DNA from: Camelus ferus
Taxonomy: Eukaryota
Assembly (NCBI RefSeq): GCF_009834535.1
Contig: NC_045696.1
Location: 102,984,001-103,048,000, forward strand
Length of the DNA: 64,000 nucleotides
Direction: 5' to 3'
The translations under genes and the position numbers were made by a program. Shown in pieces: positions 12,362 through 24,400 of the stretch (position 1 is its first letter; every line of letters starts with the position of its first letter). A model generated the notes under the pieces. It was not told the origin of the DNA, did not search any database, and saw only the letters and a program-made list of their open reading frames with translations.

Positions 12362-12380
12362 TGGTGCCACCTGGTGGTCA
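12362..12380 (-). promoter_or_regulatory. CTCF motif
   Basis: Minus strand reads TGACCACCAGGTGGCACCA, a near-perfect match to the CTCF core CCACCAGGTGGCRC. Confidence 0.7.
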
Positions 12381-13624
12381 TGGGACAATTCTACACACAG
12401 GCTGGCTGGAACTTCAAGGACATTGGTTGGTGTCCTGTTGTGGGCTCATCTGAGACATTTAGGAAACCAAAGTGCCAAGGCCATAGGAACCCACCCTCAT
12501 CAGACTCTCTGCTTCCAACATCACTCTTCCCACACATTCCACTCCCCCAAATGATAAAAGGAGAGTGAGAGGAAGCAATCAACAGCTGTATTATGTCCAA
12601 ATTTACATTATAGTAAGTTTTAGGTATATTAGAATACAGTACTAAATATTGTGGTTAATAAATAAATTTGTACATATTATGATGCATATTTGTAAAATGT
12701 CAACAATACTGTTGAAGAGCAAATAAAGTTGGAATACTCCACTGTAGAGAATAGACTGGAAGAAAAGCAAGCCCAAAGAAAGGCAAGCTAGAATGTCACT
12801 GATATAATTTGGGTAGAATACAGTGATAGTCTGAAATTAGAACAGGGGTAATGGGATTTGGAGGGAAGTGGATGGGTTTGATATTTAGGAGGTAGAATTT
12901 AGTCCTAATGTTTAAGAGATATGAAATAAAGTGCTTACAGATTAATTGATCTGATGCCTGTGATTTTCTTCGAAATAATCTGATTAGGTAGAGGGGAAAT
13001 GGGAGGGGAGGTTATAGATGAAAGGAAGACTGGCCATATGCTAATTGTTGAAGCTGGGTGAGGGGCATAAGGGGGGTTCCTTATTCTAGTCTCTCTACTC
13101 TTGTATATATTTGAAAGTTTCCATAATAAAAAGTTAAACCAAAATAAAATACCTGGGAAAAGTTCAAGGGAAAACATTCAATAGAAAGACAGATATATGA
13201 AATATAAAGCTCAGAGATCCGAGCAGAGCAAAGAATTTGGGAGAGACCAGCATGCTAGTCACCCAAGTATAACAGATGTTAAATTCATCATAATTAATTC
13301 TGATCCTATTAGAAGAAAACCTTCACAGATATGTTGAAACCTTACCATTTCATTCCTTCTCTCCCTCTCCAGAGATACAATTCTCCTGGAGTTATGTAAG
13401 TCCTTCTCAACCATGTTTTCATACTTTCATTGTATATGTATGTACACATAGTTCACTCACACAAAATCTTATTTTATGGTTTTAAAATGGCATGTAAGTG
13501 ATTTAACACTGTTATGTATTCTTCTGCAATTTGCTTTTTTTCCCACTCAACATCGTTTTCAGAATTCATACATCATTTATTTTAACTAACAAATGGTATT
13601 ACACTGCAGGGTACTACCACCTCT

Positions 13625-13795
13625 TATTTAATCTTTACCATAATTTTATGAGGTATATACTATTAATCTCATTTTATAGATGAAAAACTGAAGTACAGAG
13701 AGGTTAACTTTACTGAGGTCATCTAGTTTCTAGCAGATGGCATGTGAACTTAAACAGGGCCTCAACTCGTAATCCCGTGTTCTTCCCACTATAGC
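13625..13795 (-). repeat. MIR SINE
   Basis: cattttatagatgaaaaactgaagtacagagaggttaa. Confidence 0.75.
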
Positions 13796-13799
13796 ATTC

Positions 13800-14140
13800 C
13801 ATTATTTAACAAATATTTACCACACACTAACTATGTGCCAAGCACTGTTTTAGGTCCTGGATATCTAAGCAGTGAATAAAATAGACAAATCCTGCTCTCA
13901 AGGATCTTATATTCTAATTGGAGGAGACAGTCAACAAAATAACATGTAATATGTAATTTGGTTCCATGTGCTATGAAGAAAAATAAAGCAGGATGGAGGG
14001 GAAAAGAGTGTGCTAGTCTATGTGAGGCTCTCTGGTGACATTTCCACAAACATTTGAAGAGGGGTGATTTAAGAGGAGTGTTTAAGGTCAAGGTTAAGGG
14101 CACAGCAAGTGCAAAATCCATGAGGCAGGAGCGATTTGGC
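13800..14140 (-). repeat. L2 3' end
   Basis: tttaacaaatatttac...ctatgtgccaagcactgttttagg...agcagtgaataaaatagacaaa. Confidence 0.75.
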
Positions 14141-14809
14141 TGTCATTCCATCACTGTTTTTTTTTTAAGATACTGTATAACGATTATTTTCATGTACTAA
14201 GGAACGGATGTAAGCACTTGCGTGGCCTTGCCTAATTAAATACATAATTTTGACATATTAACAGCCTTTTAGGATGACCATTTTTCATATAAACAAACTG
14301 GGTTGAGCTAGAAAATGTCTACAGCCCCAAATCCACTGATTTACTTTAAAAATTAAATCATAATTAATAGGTGCTCATGACGGTGACATAAATGTACACA
14401 ATACTGCTGCTGATTTGATAAGACACAAATAAACACAATTCAATCCTCTTTTTAAATATTAAAGGTTGGAAGCATCCTCAAAGGGAGACTACAAGTTGTT
14501 TCAAAAAAAAAAAAATCCCCCCAAACTACTAAAACAGAAAGGGCAAGGAGGAGCCCACCTTTTGCCCCGTATCTGTCAGAAAGGCTGTCAAGAGAGTGGT
14601 AGGAAAATGAGGAACCTGGAGTGACGCCGTGGAGAGACCTGGGATCTAGTCTGGGCCTTTAGTTGATGGATTGTCTCAGTTTTCACATTGGTGAAGCCAG
14701 GGATTCTGGGCTGGTGCCCACCATGCCCCTTTCCTCCCCAGATCCAGGGGTCTGGCTTCGCTGAGCCTCCCAAGCTGGGAGTGACCGAGCAGGGCAGATA
14801 AAACACAAA

Positions 14810-15430
14810 ACTCTCGCGAATCTCGCCCGCCAGGAAGTCCCCGATCAAACCGAACCCTACTTGGGAAACTCGACAGGAGCGCGCCCCGCCCCTTTCCCCG
14901 CCCCCTCCGGCCTCCCGGCCTTCCCCGGGTCCTAGGCGGGAAGGAACCAGCGCCTGGAGAGCGGGCCGGCAGCGGCTTCCGGGAGGAGTTTTGGGCCTCG
15001 CGAGCCCCCGTCGGGCGCCGCGCCTTCTCACCAGAGGTAGCTGTGGAGACGCCGGGAGCCCGCCTCGGCGTCGTTGGCCAGTGCCGCGCGTCCTCAGCAT
15101 GGGCGAGCATGGCCTGGAGTTGGCGTCTATGATCCCCGCCCTGCGGGAGCTGGGCAGGTAGGGCCAGGCCCGGCATCTCACGTGCTCTCTCTCCCCAGCT
15201 GCGCGCGTTCCGGCTGCAATCCCCTCAACCCCGGCCGCGGCCCTTGTGGAGGTGTCCGCCGCTGACTTGAGCGTTCCTTCCTCAGAGAGGCGGGTGAAAG
15301 GCGTCGCCGCTGCAGAAAGGCGCTCCAAGGGGAGGGGTCGTCTGCTCACCACCCCCTTTACCTCAGCGGTGCCTGGGAGCTCGCCCCCTGGCCCCGCCTC
15401 AGGGAATTGCGTCTGTGGCGGGAGGGAAGG
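14810..15430 (+). promoter_or_regulatory. ATR: ATR CpG-island promoter and 5'UTR (no TATA box seen)
   Basis: Dense CpG and high GC around the ATG. GC boxes at 14884 and 14896, ETS-like CAGGAAGT at 14831, E2F-like GGCGGGAA at 14935, TCTCGCGA (CGCG/BANP-like) at 14812. Confidence 0.9.
15099..15157 (+). CDS. ATR: ATR exon 1 coding part ([20 protein letters not shown])
   Basis: ATG in strong Kozak context (agcATGg); donor ag|gtaggg; 59 nt. Confidence 0.97.
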
Positions 15431-18400
15431 GTCCCTTCTGATCACTTTCTGGTCACTTTCCTTCACTCATTTTCTTCTTGAAAGCCTCTTTCCTCAGATA
15501 GAGTACTTAACCCACAGACTTTACCTTTTCTATTCTTTGTTATCGCTCGTGGAGGAATTGGTTTTTAGCTTTATGTTTCGACTCAAGTATAAGTCAAACA
15601 TAAGATTCAAACATAACATTCTGCTCTCAGAAGAAAATCACTGTTTCTGATTTTATGCAAGGAAGACCAATTGCTGGAAAAACTTTCTTCGAAGTGAAAC
15701 CATAGGCCATTCTGGAGAAGGGACCCCTTTCATACTGATCATCCAGTCCCCAATCAGACTAGTCACAAGTCTCAAGGATCTGCCACGACATCCACAAAGT
15801 ATAAATGTGCACAGAATGTTGCCAAAACTTGAAAATAACAATGTTCCATTTGCAAGAGCTTTTTTTTTCTTTTTTCTTTAAACCAAAGAGTAGAATCATG
15901 TAAACCAATATCCTGCCAGAAGAAAGGGAAGAGTTGTTAATGGCTGTTCCCCATTCAACATACACACAGCCTTCCCTCAACCAGGCCTAAAGACTAGAAG
16001 GCTGGGTTTTTGTTTGTTTGTTTGTTTTTGTAACCCACTGTGAACAGGAAATAAGTGGGCTTGTACTGCTTTTGCAGTTGAACTATCAACTGGAATAGTT
16101 GCTTTCCAGTTTCTTAAACTGTTTGGAAACTTAGCACACAGCCAAACTGACAGTAAGCCCATGGGAGGTTTAATTCCTTTTCTTTTTGCAGTGCAATTGT
16201 GACCGCCACTTGTTAGCCATCAAAGACATTGGCATTAGTCTTCCTCAGTTATAGAAATGAGAGGAATGAAGGGACCATATTTGTCTTAACTGAGTCATCC
16301 TGTTTCTGTGTGTATGATGTCTTTTTCCACTCTGCATGAATGTTGCTTATTCAACATCTACACCCAGAAATGAAAATTAACATATCCAAAGAAAAACTCC
16401 TGATTTACTGTCCTTAAACCTGTTCCTTCCCTAAATTATTGTAAATGTACCAACTAAAAGCCTAAGAGTTATCCTTGATTTTTTTCCGCCTTACTCCTTA
16501 ATAATCCATCAGCAAGTCTTGTCAACCCTACCTTTAAAAAACATTTTTCACTTTCTCCAGTGCTAGCACCGTAATTTCCTGTCTGGACTCTTAAACAGTA
16601 ACCTCTCAGCTGATTTCTCTTTCCACTTTTATCCACTTATAGTGGATTTCCCACTCAGCAACCAATGTGATTTTTACAACAATAAATCACATTGTAGATG
16701 GTATAACATTACTCCTCTGCTCAAAGCCTCCTTTCGATTTCCAGCATGCTTAGAATAAAATCCAGGCCTGTGAGGTCCTCCATAATCTGGCCTCTGCCTG
16801 CCTCTGACTTTGTGGCCTTATATCCCTCCCTTGCTTACTCTACTCCAATAATAGTGCCTAATTTTTTTGTGTATACGAAGGTCATTTCTGCCTTTGTTCC
16901 TTTGCACTTGTTTCTTCCATCTGAACACTGGCTAGTCCCTTCAGATGTCATCTCTGAGAACTGTGCTGATCTTCCTGTTTAAGATTACTTTGTAATCACA
17001 AGATATTTTCAGTTAGTGAATGTTGATATTAAAATATCAAATGGGACAATGGGAGGGAGATGGGGGGCTGGGGAGTAGCAGCACTAGCCACTACAGGAGG
17101 TTTGGATGGTGAGAAGCAGCCAGTCATGTGAAACTGGGAGCAGTGTCTGAGCTGGGGTAGGAAACACAGAGGTGTCTAGGTGGGAATGAGCCTTCTTTAT
17201 AAAAGAATAGGAAGAAGCCTGGAACATAGGGAGCAAAGAGGGGAGTGGTATTAATTGAGGATGGAGGGGTAGGCAGGGGCCAGGTCCTTTAGTACTTAAT
17301 AGGGCAGAATGAGGAGTCAGATTTTATTTTTAAGTGCAATGGGAAGCCATAGGGATGCTTTAAACGGGAAATAACGTAACTGAGTTAGTGTTTTAAAAAC
17401 ATATTTACCCTTCACTCACCCACTTAGAACCCTTCAGTGTCTCATTGCCCTCAGTACAAAATCTAAAGTCTTTAGTGGGTCCTTTTGAGCTTTGACCTTA
17501 TCTTCTTTTTTCAGTTTTGTTTCCAGTTACTGCCTCCCTCTTCTTTCACCATGTAGAACCTCTTACAGTTTCTAGAGCAGTTTCTGTTCTTGTTCCTGAG
17601 CTTTTGCACATATTGTTTCCTCCTTTTGGGATACCCTCCTTCCTTCCCTTATTTTACTTGCCTATCCCCTTTGGGACTCAGCTTTGTATCATCTCCTCCA
17701 GGAAGCCTTGACTGATAGGTCCTGCTCATGGCTGAGTATCCCTCTTGTGTTCTGTCTTAACTCTATTAATACTTAGCTCTATCTTGGCTCTACATTAATC
17801 CTTTGTTAAAATTTCCCGCTTACCTTTTTGTCCTTTAATCTACAAATTCTTTAAGGGCAGATACATGGTTTCTTGTTTATCCTGGCATTTGATGCTTGCC
17901 CTAGAGGAGGTGCAAAGTGTTTGTTAAACATATCCAAACTTCATGTGATGCTTGAATTTCCACTCAAATATTACTGTATACTTTTGAAAAAGTATACCCT
18001 CTTAGCTCAGTTCCAAGGTAGAGGTTGCAAAATAAGAAATACTTAACTCTCACGTGAATTTCCTTATTCTGATAGTAAATCTAATGAATGATAATCAGTT
18101 CACCTTTTTTAAAAGCTGATTTTTAAAAATTATACAAATAACTCAGGAATGAATAATCTTTTTACAAAGTTAAACTTTATAGGAAACTCTGATCACCTCC
18201 CACAATCCCAATTCCTCTCCCCCACATACCTCCTCATTCACATTTTTAAATGACACTTCCCAGATTATCCTTGGTTTTTGACAAAATCTCCTGATTTTGT
18301 CTAAAACAATTCATGTTACCTTGTAATTCCAGACTTAAAATTTTTTTGTTACATCTAAATCTGTGATATCCTGTAATGTAATATGGATACTGAGCACTTC

Positions 18401-21400
18401 ACATGTCACTAGTCTCAGTTGAAATATTGAGATGTGCTCTTAATGTAAGATACTGGGTTTCAAAGACTTAGTACCGACCCCCCCCCAAAAAAAGAAATGC
18501 AAATAATATTGATTACATGTTCAAATAATATTTTGGATATATTGTTGCTATGAACACTTCCTGTTTCTTTTTACATTCTTAATGTGGCTACTAGAAAAAT
18601 TAAAATTTAAAATGTTGTTTGCATTATATTTCTGTTGGCCAGTACTGTTTTACATAAGATAAATGGTGCCAAGTTTTTTTCTCTTTCACATAAAAACACA
18701 ACTACTTAAAAAAAAAAACTACTTGTTCTTTGATTCTGTATATGTAGAGTTATATTACTTGTAAATGTTAATTTCAATAACTTACTGGTTTTCTGTCAAA
18801 CAAGACACAGTTCTAGGTGAAGTATAGGGGATACAAAGAGAAATAAAACACATTTTCCCTCTTGGAGGAGCTTATGGTTTAGTGGTGCTACAGAGAATTC
18901 ACCTTTATAAGCCTATGGTCTAGTGGTGGAGAATAAGTAGATACTCCACAGGTCCAGAAAGGTTATAATTAAGGAATAAAGAACCACAAGATTTAAGAAG
19001 ATTCTTAAGAACCCAGCCATTTATTCAACAAAAATTTTTGGACTGTTTACTATGTACCAGGACCATTTCTGTCATGACAGTTATTAGCTGTAAATGCCAT
19101 AGATCCTGTACGTAATCAGTTAGGATTGGACTTGGTGATTGAATAATCAAGAAAATAATTAATCTCATTTTTTCTTTTAGCATTGTTTAAGATAAGTGGG
19201 AAAAATATATGTACATTTTACAGTGCATACAGATGTATTAAGTTGTCATTATATGAAATACATAATTTTATTCTTTATAAATATCCAGCTTACTTACCTA
19301 CTACATCCTCAGCTGTTTTGTCAGTAGAAATGATAGACTGATCTAATCATTTATACACAGCTTTTCATGAATCCTCTAGACAGAGTTAGTTATTTCCTGC
19401 TTTGGGTGTGTATGACACTTCCTTAAAATTATTTGTGTGCATTCTTCCCCTCTCCCCAGCAACTTCCTTGAAGCAGAGGATCTTTTCTTCTTTTATTTGC
19501 CTTTTGAGTTCATTATATTATTAGTATCTCTACCCATTTTTTCCTCTTGTATTAATGAATATGTATTAATGATTATCATTAGGATTAATAATAATCCTCC
19601 TGTCTGCAAATTATCTCTTTACTTGTACATGGTGCCAGGAAGGAAAGCCAAGTTTCAAGAATCAGTTGTTGAAGTCTCTCTATCTTACAGGAAACAAAAC
19701 AAAACTAACTAAACCCTCTTGACCTCATATATTCCTTTAGTTACCACTAACCCCAATTCTGCATTTCATGGTCAAATTTTAGAAAGAGAATGCTCTTCTC
19801 AATATTCACATTTCATTTGCTTTTCAACTCCTTGCAATCTGGTTTCTGCCTTCACCTCTACATTAAAACTTTGAAATCCAAAGGACATTAAAAAATTACC
19901 TCAAAGTGGATCAAAGACCTAAACATAAAAGCTAAAACTATAAAACTTTTAGAAGAGAACTCTTACAGGAAAAGCTTCTTGTGATTTCCTGGATATGACA
20001 CCAAAAGCATGACAGCATATGAAAAAATAGATCAAATTAAAATTCATTAAAATTAAAACATTTTGTACATCAAAAGACAGCATCAACAGAGTGTAAAGGC
20101 AACCTATGGAAAGAAAGAAAATGTTTGTAAATCATATCTGATAAGGAGTTAATATCCAGAATATAGTAAGAACTGCAGGTCAATAACAGCAACAAAAAAC
20201 AAGCTGATATAAAAATGGAGAGTGGGCTTTCTCCGAAGAAGAAAGACAGATGGGCAAAACTCACATGAAAAGATGTTCACCATCTCTAATTACTATGGAA
20301 TTGCGAATTGAAAGATAACACTGCAGACCCATGAGGACGGCTGCTATTAAAAAAATAATAGTAGTAACAAGTGTTAGTGAGGATAAGGAAGTATTGGAGC
20401 CTTTGTATATTGTTGATAGAGATGTAAAATGGTACAGGTGTTGTGGAAGCAGTATGGCAGTTTTTCAAAAAATTAAACAGAATTACCATATGATCCAGTA
20501 TTTCCACTTCTAGGTATATACCCAACATAACTGAATCCATTTCATAGGGGTGTTATTCGCAGTAGCCAAAAAGTGGAAGCAACCTGAGTGCCTATGTAAG
20601 GATGGATGGATAAATAAAATGTATTATATACACACTGTGGAATATTATTTAGCCTTAGGAAGGAAATTCCAACACATGCTACAACATGCATGAACTGTGA
20701 AGACACTATGCTAAGTGAAATAAGTCGGTCACAAAAGGACAAATGTTAAGATTCAACTTATATGACATAAGTAGTGAAATTCATTGAGATACAATTATGG
20801 TTACCGAAGATTGGGAGGAGGGGGAAATGGGGAGATATTGTTTAATGAGTACAGTTTCAATTTGGGAAAATGAAAAAGTTCCGGAGAGGAATGATGGTGA
20901 TGGTATAGGATAGTGTGAATGTACTTAATGCTACAGAACTATACACTTAAAAATGGTTAAAATGGTAAATTTTATGTTATGTGTATTTCACCATGATTAA
21001 AAAATATCCAAAGGAGTTTTTAACAAACTAATTTTATTTGATCCTGTTGATACCTCCCTCCTTAAAATTCTAACCTCCTTGGATTCTAGAACACATTTCT
21101 CATGGTTTTTCTTTCTGTTTCTCTGGCCCTCTTTCCTTTTCTCCTTCATGACTCCTCTAACCTTGACTTAGGGCTCTCTCTTTGGCTTTCTTGTTACTTA
21201 ATACATTTGCATTCATATCCAAGGCTTCCACTACTACTAGCGCTAATAGTGATACGTATGTAATTTCTATGAGCATCAGTCTCCTCATATGCAAATAGGA
21301 TTTAATATCCCTATCTTATTTCTTGTGAAATATGAAATAATACATGTGTAGCCTTGTTTGATATGTATTATTTTCTAATGATAACTTAATCAATATCTCT

Positions 21401-24400
21401 AGGCTACATGTTTCTTGAGGTCTGGAACTGTAACAACAATCTCTTGGACATCCCACTTAGTTGTTCCCTTGAGACTTTAAACTCAGTATTTCTAAAACTG
21501 TTCTTTTTTCTCCCCAGACCTGTGCTTCCACCTCTGTTAACTGTTTTTGGTGAATGGCTTCATAATCCAGGCTCAGGAGAGGGCTAGGTTGACTTATCAG
21601 TCTCCTCCACTAAACTGTCTTTCTTCTTCCCAGCAGTAGCTTCTCATGTGTTGTGTGGCACATTGTAGGTACTGGATGAATGCTGATGACATGAATGACT
21701 GTGTGATTCTTCATTATGTAATGGGACACAAACTGTCTATTATATTCTTATATTTATTCTTTGGTGGTTTACACCAAATCATGGAACTCAAGTTGAATTC
21801 ATTCAAGATTTTAGGATATTCTTCCTCTGCTTAATTATTGTATCTCCTTTTACTATTATTTTTTCTTGATTGGACCTGAGACTCAATATGTGTATTTTTT
21901 CCTAACATTTTATTCAATTTTTATTGTGGAAAATATCAAACATGAAATAAAAGATACAATGATATGTTGATTTCCCATTTCACCTAATAATTATTAGTTT
22001 ATGGCTCTCTTCCTCTTATCAGATTACTTTGCAGCAAATTCCAGACATCTTTTTATCTGTAAACATTAGTATTTATCTCTAAAGGATAAAGACCTTTTAA
22101 ACATACCACAATACCATTATCACACCTAAAGAGATAATTCTTAACAATATCAAATATCTAGTCTGTGTTTGAATTTTCCTCATTGTCATATGTAGTTTGC
22201 TATTAGTTTTTTATTTTTTAATCAGAATCCAGTGTAGGATCATGTAATTGGTTTATATGGTTCTATGTCTTCATTGTAGGTTTCTCCTCCTCTTTTTTCA
22301 CTTGGAATTTTCTTGTTGGAAAAAGTATTTTCTATAGATTTTCTAAAAGTCTAAATCAGCACTGTTCAATAGAACTATAATGGAAGCCACATATATATTT
22401 GAAATTTTTCTAGTAGCTACATTGCAAAATGGAGAAAGGAAATAGGTGAAATTAATTTTTAATTATATATATTATTTAACTCAGTATATCCAGATATTAT
22501 TGTTTCAACATGTAATTAATATAAAATTATTAAAGCAATATTATATATTTCTGGTATGAATATTCAGAATCCAATGTGTATTTTTTATTTGTAGCACATT
22601 TCATTTTGGACTTACTACATATCAAATTCTCAAAAGCTGCGTGTAATAAGGGCTACCATATTGGACAGTGCAAGCCTAGACTTTGCAGACTGGATGCCTG
22701 TGGTGTCATTTAGCATGTTCTTTTTTTCCTTGTAAATCAGTAACATGTATTTAGATTTTCCTTTCGTTTTTAAACAGAAGGATACTATGAATGTCAACAT
22801 TAAGACTAAAACATACTTAGTAAGTTCAACTGTAGATAATTTTTTACAAATGAAATTGTTAGTCCCTTTTAAGGGTTAAAAACGTTTTATTTGTATTTTA
22901 GTGCCAGTCCAGAGGAATATAACACCATTGTACAGAAGCCAAGACAAATTCTATGTCAGTTCATTGACAGAATACTTACAGATGTAAATGTTGGTAAGAA
23001 ACAGTTATTTCTTATATAAATTTTATAAATTAAATTGTTTTCTTTTCCATGTATACAGCATTATACTAGATATTTTTCTCTCCATGTAGTTTTAGATATA
23101 TAGGTAGAATTCACGATGTTACTATTTTCAAGCAAGTTATTTACAGTGTTACTTGTTATATAATACAATTTAAGATTTTAAAGTAATTCTAGTTTCCTCT
23201 TTGTTTTCTAGATTTTCTGCTGCTTGCTATGAGTTCTTATTTGATATGTAGTACTATAGATTAAAAAATATTTGGCAAGTTCTAATGATACATTCCCTAT
23301 TTTAGCTAGGCCTAGTGCCAGTGGTTGAGAAACAGCAAATGCCATCAAAAAAAATTCTAAATAAGAGTTGGTGACTTTGTCTATGGGATGTAATGAGATT
23401 TTGTGAGTGGTTGATCTATTTCCTGTTTGTGGTGGTCTGAAAGACAGATATTACCAGCTTGTCAAGATGGTGTCACATGTGTCCTGTCTGTTAAAATTAC
23501 ATGGAAGGAGTAATATAGAGTGCGTTAAATTTATAAATTTAATTCCAAATTTGGCACAGATTTTATGACTTATAATAGTCATTTAGCTTTTCTTTTTCAA
23601 TCAGTAAAATTATGAGTTGTCTAAAAATAACAACAGACTACTGAATACTTGCAAAACATGTTTTCATATGCTATTCCATCTGTTTAGACCGCTTGCCCTT
23701 ACCCTCTCTGCTTGACCAACTTCTCCTCATCTAGGAATCATCTCCTTCACAGCATGTTCCCAGACACTTGTTTCCACTATTCTGGATTACTGTAGTTAAC
23801 ATATTGTATTATAATTACTAGTTTATTTGTCTGACTCCCATACCTGATTGTGAGGGGTTTTTTTGTCCTCAGATTTAATATAGTACCAGGCATATTGTAA
23901 GCCTATAGCATATGTTTGGTGAATGAATGAGTAATAGATGAATATACATGATTACTAAACATTTAAAAGTAGAAACATAGGATTATAGTGCTAGTTTCTT
24001 AACAAAAGGACTGCCATTTAATTTGTCATGACTTTTTTAAATGAATTTTTTCTTGTTTTAGTTGCTCTAGAACTTGTAAAGAAAACTGACTCTCAGCCAA
24101 CCTCTGTGATGTTGCTTGATTTCATTCAGCATATCATGAAGTCCTCCCCACTTATGTTTGTAAATGTGAATGGAAGCCATGGGCAAAATGAGGCTAAAGG
24201 CAGTTGTATTGGTACGTCCTGCTATTTGTGCATTCCTTTGCTATCTCTTTTATGAAATCTATCTTCTTCTGCTCTTCTGAAATGTAACACACTTTGTTAC
24301 ACATATTTTAGTCAAATTTGCTATAAATTGAGAGAGCAAAATGGTAATGGTTAGTTTTATTTCATGCATCCTTGTTGTTTTACTTTGTTATGAACTAGAT

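Noticed and set aside
15109..15132. Out-of-frame ATG in good Kozak context 10 nt after the start codon (7-codon ORF)
   Set aside because: It lies downstream of an equally strong main ATG and arises from the His-Gly codons; nothing suggests it is used.
14588..15466. 292-aa minus-strand ORF and overlapping 166-aa and 134-aa ORFs across the ATR promoter
   Set aside because: Stop-poor reading frames are expected in a CpG island. The translation is R/G/P/A-rich with no recognisable domain.
24178..24192. Three extra residues (GQN) in exon 3 relative to human
   Set aside because: Recalled mouse ATR also has GQNEAK, so this is probably the ancestral state and the human form the deletion.
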